Both the position numbers and the translations under genes were made by a program. Below are positions 25,411 through 27,479 of a DNA stretch of 27,479 nt, one piece after another. The first letter of the stretch is position 1. Every line of letters starts with the position of its first letter. The stretch is from a virus, in UHGV virus genome UHGV-0150478, one strand, 5' to 3'. The notes below the pieces were generated by a model. The model saw only the letters and a list, made by a program, of their open reading frames with translations, did not search any database and was not told where the DNA came from.

Positions 25411-25571
25411 TAAAAAATCAAACGCTTGCAGAGCACTTAACAAGTATAAAAATAATAAAAAAAACTACGAACATAAATGTAAAACAACCTGATGGTATTT
25501 TTTTTGACGCCGAAATACTAATACCTCTCCGACTACTAAAATTAATTCTCATTATGAAATCCTTTTAATTA

Positions 25572-25796
25572 ATGGGGCCCCAAATGATTACATACACTAC
25601 ACGGGACGGTGACCGTCTCGATCAGATCTGCCTTGCGGTCTACGGGAGAGCGTCAAAAACGACAGAGACTGTTTTATATCAGGTTTCGAATTACGGCGTA
25701 ACGGATATGTGTGCCGTGTTTCGTGCTGGAGAAAAAATTGTTTTACCAGATATCGAACCAGAGCCGGTTAAAAAAGAAACGCAATTATGGGATTGA
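25572..25796 (+). CDS. Tail protein X-like (LysM-like small tail protein)
   Basis: Pattern GDRLDQICLAVYGR...TETVLYQVSNYG...LPDIEPEP resembles recalled P2 gpX; true start may be ATG at 25584. Confidence 0.6.
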   Translation: MGPQMITYTTRDGDRLDQICLAVYGRASKTTETVLYQVSNYGVTDMCAVFRAGEKIVLPDIEPEPVKKETQLWD

Positions 25797-25799
25797 TGA

Positions 25800-26843
25800 A
25801 TGAGTGATTACGTAAATACTGGCGTGGAGGCGTGGAAACCTAATTTTTATATATCTGCTGATAATAAAAACATCACGGATAAAATAAGAAAAGGTTTGAT
25901 CAATATCACGCTGACAGATTACGGCGGCTCCAGTAAACAGACAGACGAACTCCGCGTAGCAATAGTTTCTGAAACTCTGAAAATTCCGGCCCGCGGAGTA
26001 AAAATCAGTATTGGGCTCGGTTTCGGTAATCAGATAATTGATAAAGGGATATACATCGTTGACGGTGCTAGCAGTGGCGGTGAACCCCGGGTAGTTGATT
26101 TCACAGCAAAAGCGGCTCCGATGAACGCAGCAAAAGGATCTCCGACAGTTCAGAGCAAAAAGACTCGTTCCTGGAGCGACGTCACTGTCAGCGATATCGT
26201 TGCGACAATAGCGAGCGATAATGGGCTAAAACCACGCGTATCAAAGCGGTTTGCAGACAATGTTATCACGCAACTCGATCAGGTCGGCGAGTCAGATATG
26301 CACCTGATGTCGCGGCTCGCAACGAGATTCGATGCGGTGAGTAAACCCGCGGGCGGGTACTGGATATTCCTGCCGCGCGGCGCGGGCGAATCTGTTAGCG
26401 GTGCTCCGCTCCAGCACTACACGCTAACTCGTCGTGATAACTCCAGCTGGGGCTATTCGAGAAATGGACAAAGTGGCGATAGTGGTAGCGGTGGCGAAAA
26501 TCCGGAACCGACGTATCTGATTAAATATCACGACACAGCAACTGGGCAGATCAAAGAATTGCGGACAGGTAGTGGCGGCGATCCTGTCATTGAATGGCCG
26601 GCAGTTGAGCCGTCGCTCGACGCAGCGAAAGAAGCTGCACCAGGGCTCAAGGGCGGTGCAGCTAAAAAAGAGTTCTCTATGACGTACACGACGCCAGCGA
26701 CGCTCGATTTAGTGTCGCTGACAGCAGAATGCAAAGTCACAACTCAAGGATTCGGGACCGAGGAGGACCGGGACTGGACTATCAACACACTGAGTCTGAC
26801 GCTCGCTGAAAACGGTTTTTCGGTTCGGCTGTCTCTGGAGTAA
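25800..26843 (+). CDS. Tail protein D-like (P2 gpD / late tail gene)
   Basis: 347 aa; last gene of the tail module, as D in P2. Confidence 0.75.
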   Translation: MSDYVNTGVEAWKPNFYISADNKNITDKIRKGLINITLTDYGGSSKQTDELRVAIVSETLKIPARGVKISIGLGFGNQIIDKGIYIVDGASSGGEPRVVDFTAKAAPMNAAKGSPTVQSKKTRSWSDVTVSDIVATIASDNGLKPRVSKRFADNVITQLDQVGESDMHLMSRLATRFDAVSKPAGGYWIFLPRGAGESVSGAPLQHYTLTRRDNSSWGYSRNGQSGDSGSGGENPEPTYLIKYHDTATGQIKELRTGSGGDPVIEWPAVEPSLDAAKEAAPGLKGGAAKKEFSMTYTTPATLDLVSLTAECKVTTQGFGTEEDRDWTINTLSLTLAENGFSVRLSLE

Positions 26844-27009
26844 ATGGGCTCGGCGAGCCGGTGGCGGTATGAATTTAGTATTAACAGATGTCGACTGCAA
26901 ACGGCACCTGCGATATTTTTAGGCGTAAGCCGGAGAACGAAGAGTCTCTGGTGCTGAACGTTGTTATCGTTAGATGCTGACATATTTTTAATATTGGGAG
27001 TTTTCAAAC

Positions 27010-27429
27010 ATGGTCGTTAAAAATGGTCTTGCCTGTGGGATTATGCTTGCTCTTGTCGGTTGTGCTACAAAACCTGTCTCAAATGAACAAGCCACTCCTG
27101 TTCCTGAAAAACAAATTATCAGTACCGCGTTACTCGAAAAACGAGACGGTACGGGAGAGGTGATCATCAAGCGTGACTCGGGTTTCTTTGGAAGCGCGTG
27201 TTTTTCCCGTGTTTATGTTGATGGTAAAGAGGTGGCAGATTTAGGTACAGCTCAGAAAGTCGTTGTATACCCAACGATTGGTGATCATGTCTTCAGCGCG
27301 TGGCCAAAAGGAGTATGTGGTGGTGGCATGAGCGAACAAGCGGGCAAGGTGACAACAGATCGTACTTTGATGTATCGCATAGGGTATGGATCAAACGGTG
27401 AATATGGAATTCACCCAACCGCGTTTTAA
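27010..27429 (+). CDS. Lipoprotein, unknown function (moron after tail module)
   Basis: 139 aa; signal peptide with lipobox LVGC (Cys18); separated from the tail operon by 166 bp; followed by hairpin GGGGTAT...ATACCCC at 27440-27468. Confidence 0.6.
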   Translation: MVVKNGLACGIMLALVGCATKPVSNEQATPVPEKQIISTALLEKRDGTGEVIIKRDSGFFGSACFSRVYVDGKEVADLGTAQKVVVYPTIGDHVFSAWPKGVCGGGMSEQAGKVTTDRTLMYRIGYGSNGEYGIHPTAF

Positions 27430-27479
27430 TTTGTGTTGGGGTATGTGAGTTTTTCTCATACCCCTTTACCTCGCTTTGC

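Larger units (their letters stand above)
7270..27479. mobile_element. Second prophage-like element: lambdoid replication and head genes plus P2-like contractile tail; apparently defective (continues beyond window end)
   Basis: Contiguous phage genes: truncated O-like, DnaB helicase, gpC/gpD/gpE/FI/FII-like head genes, P2-like baseplate/sheath/tube/tape-measure/U/X/D. No integrase, repressor, lysis, terminase or portal genes recognised. Confidence 0.6.

Noticed and set aside
16514-27000. Possibility that the tail cluster is a stand-alone R-type tailocin
   Set aside because: It is contiguous and co-oriented with a lambda-like head module (protease, decoration, major capsid, FI, FII) and a replication module, so it looks like part of a prophage, though a defective one.
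1-27479. CRISPR arrays, IS elements/transposases, rRNA genes
   Set aside because: No regularly spaced direct repeats, no transposase-like ORFs or terminal inverted repeats, and no rRNA-like conserved segments were seen on either strand.

Overview
The window is almost entirely phage-derived and appears to span a junction between two mobile elements. (1) Positions 1-7198: the integrase-proximal end of a P2/186-like temperate phage. It has a partial replication-gene-A-like ORF running off the left edge, a leftward early operon of small genes, a divergent promoter/operator switch, and a rightward lysogeny operon (XRE-type repressor, two compositionally distinct cargo genes, P2-family tyrosine integrase). 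It ends in a 55-nt 3' fragment of tRNA-Leu(UAA) (att core) followed by a strong intrinsic terminator. (2) Positions ~7270-27479: a second prophage-like element with lambdoid replication genes (a 5'-truncated O-like gene and a DnaB-family helicase), lambda-like head genes (gpC-like protease, gpD-like decoration, gpE-like major capsid, FI, FII) and a complete P2-like contractile tail module (V, W, J, I, fibre, sheath, tube, E/E', tape measure, U, X, D). No immunity region, lysis genes, terminase or portal is recognisable in the window, so it is probably defective or helper-dependent. No rRNA, complete tRNA, CRISPR array or IS element was seen. The most interesting items are the two-gene cargo in the repressor-integrase operon with a motif shared between repressor C-terminus and the next protein, a canonical A_AAA_AAG -1 frameshift site between tail fibre and sheath, the missing packaging genes, and a lipoprotein moron after the last tail gene. 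All family assignments are from reading the translations and recalled homology; no database search was run.
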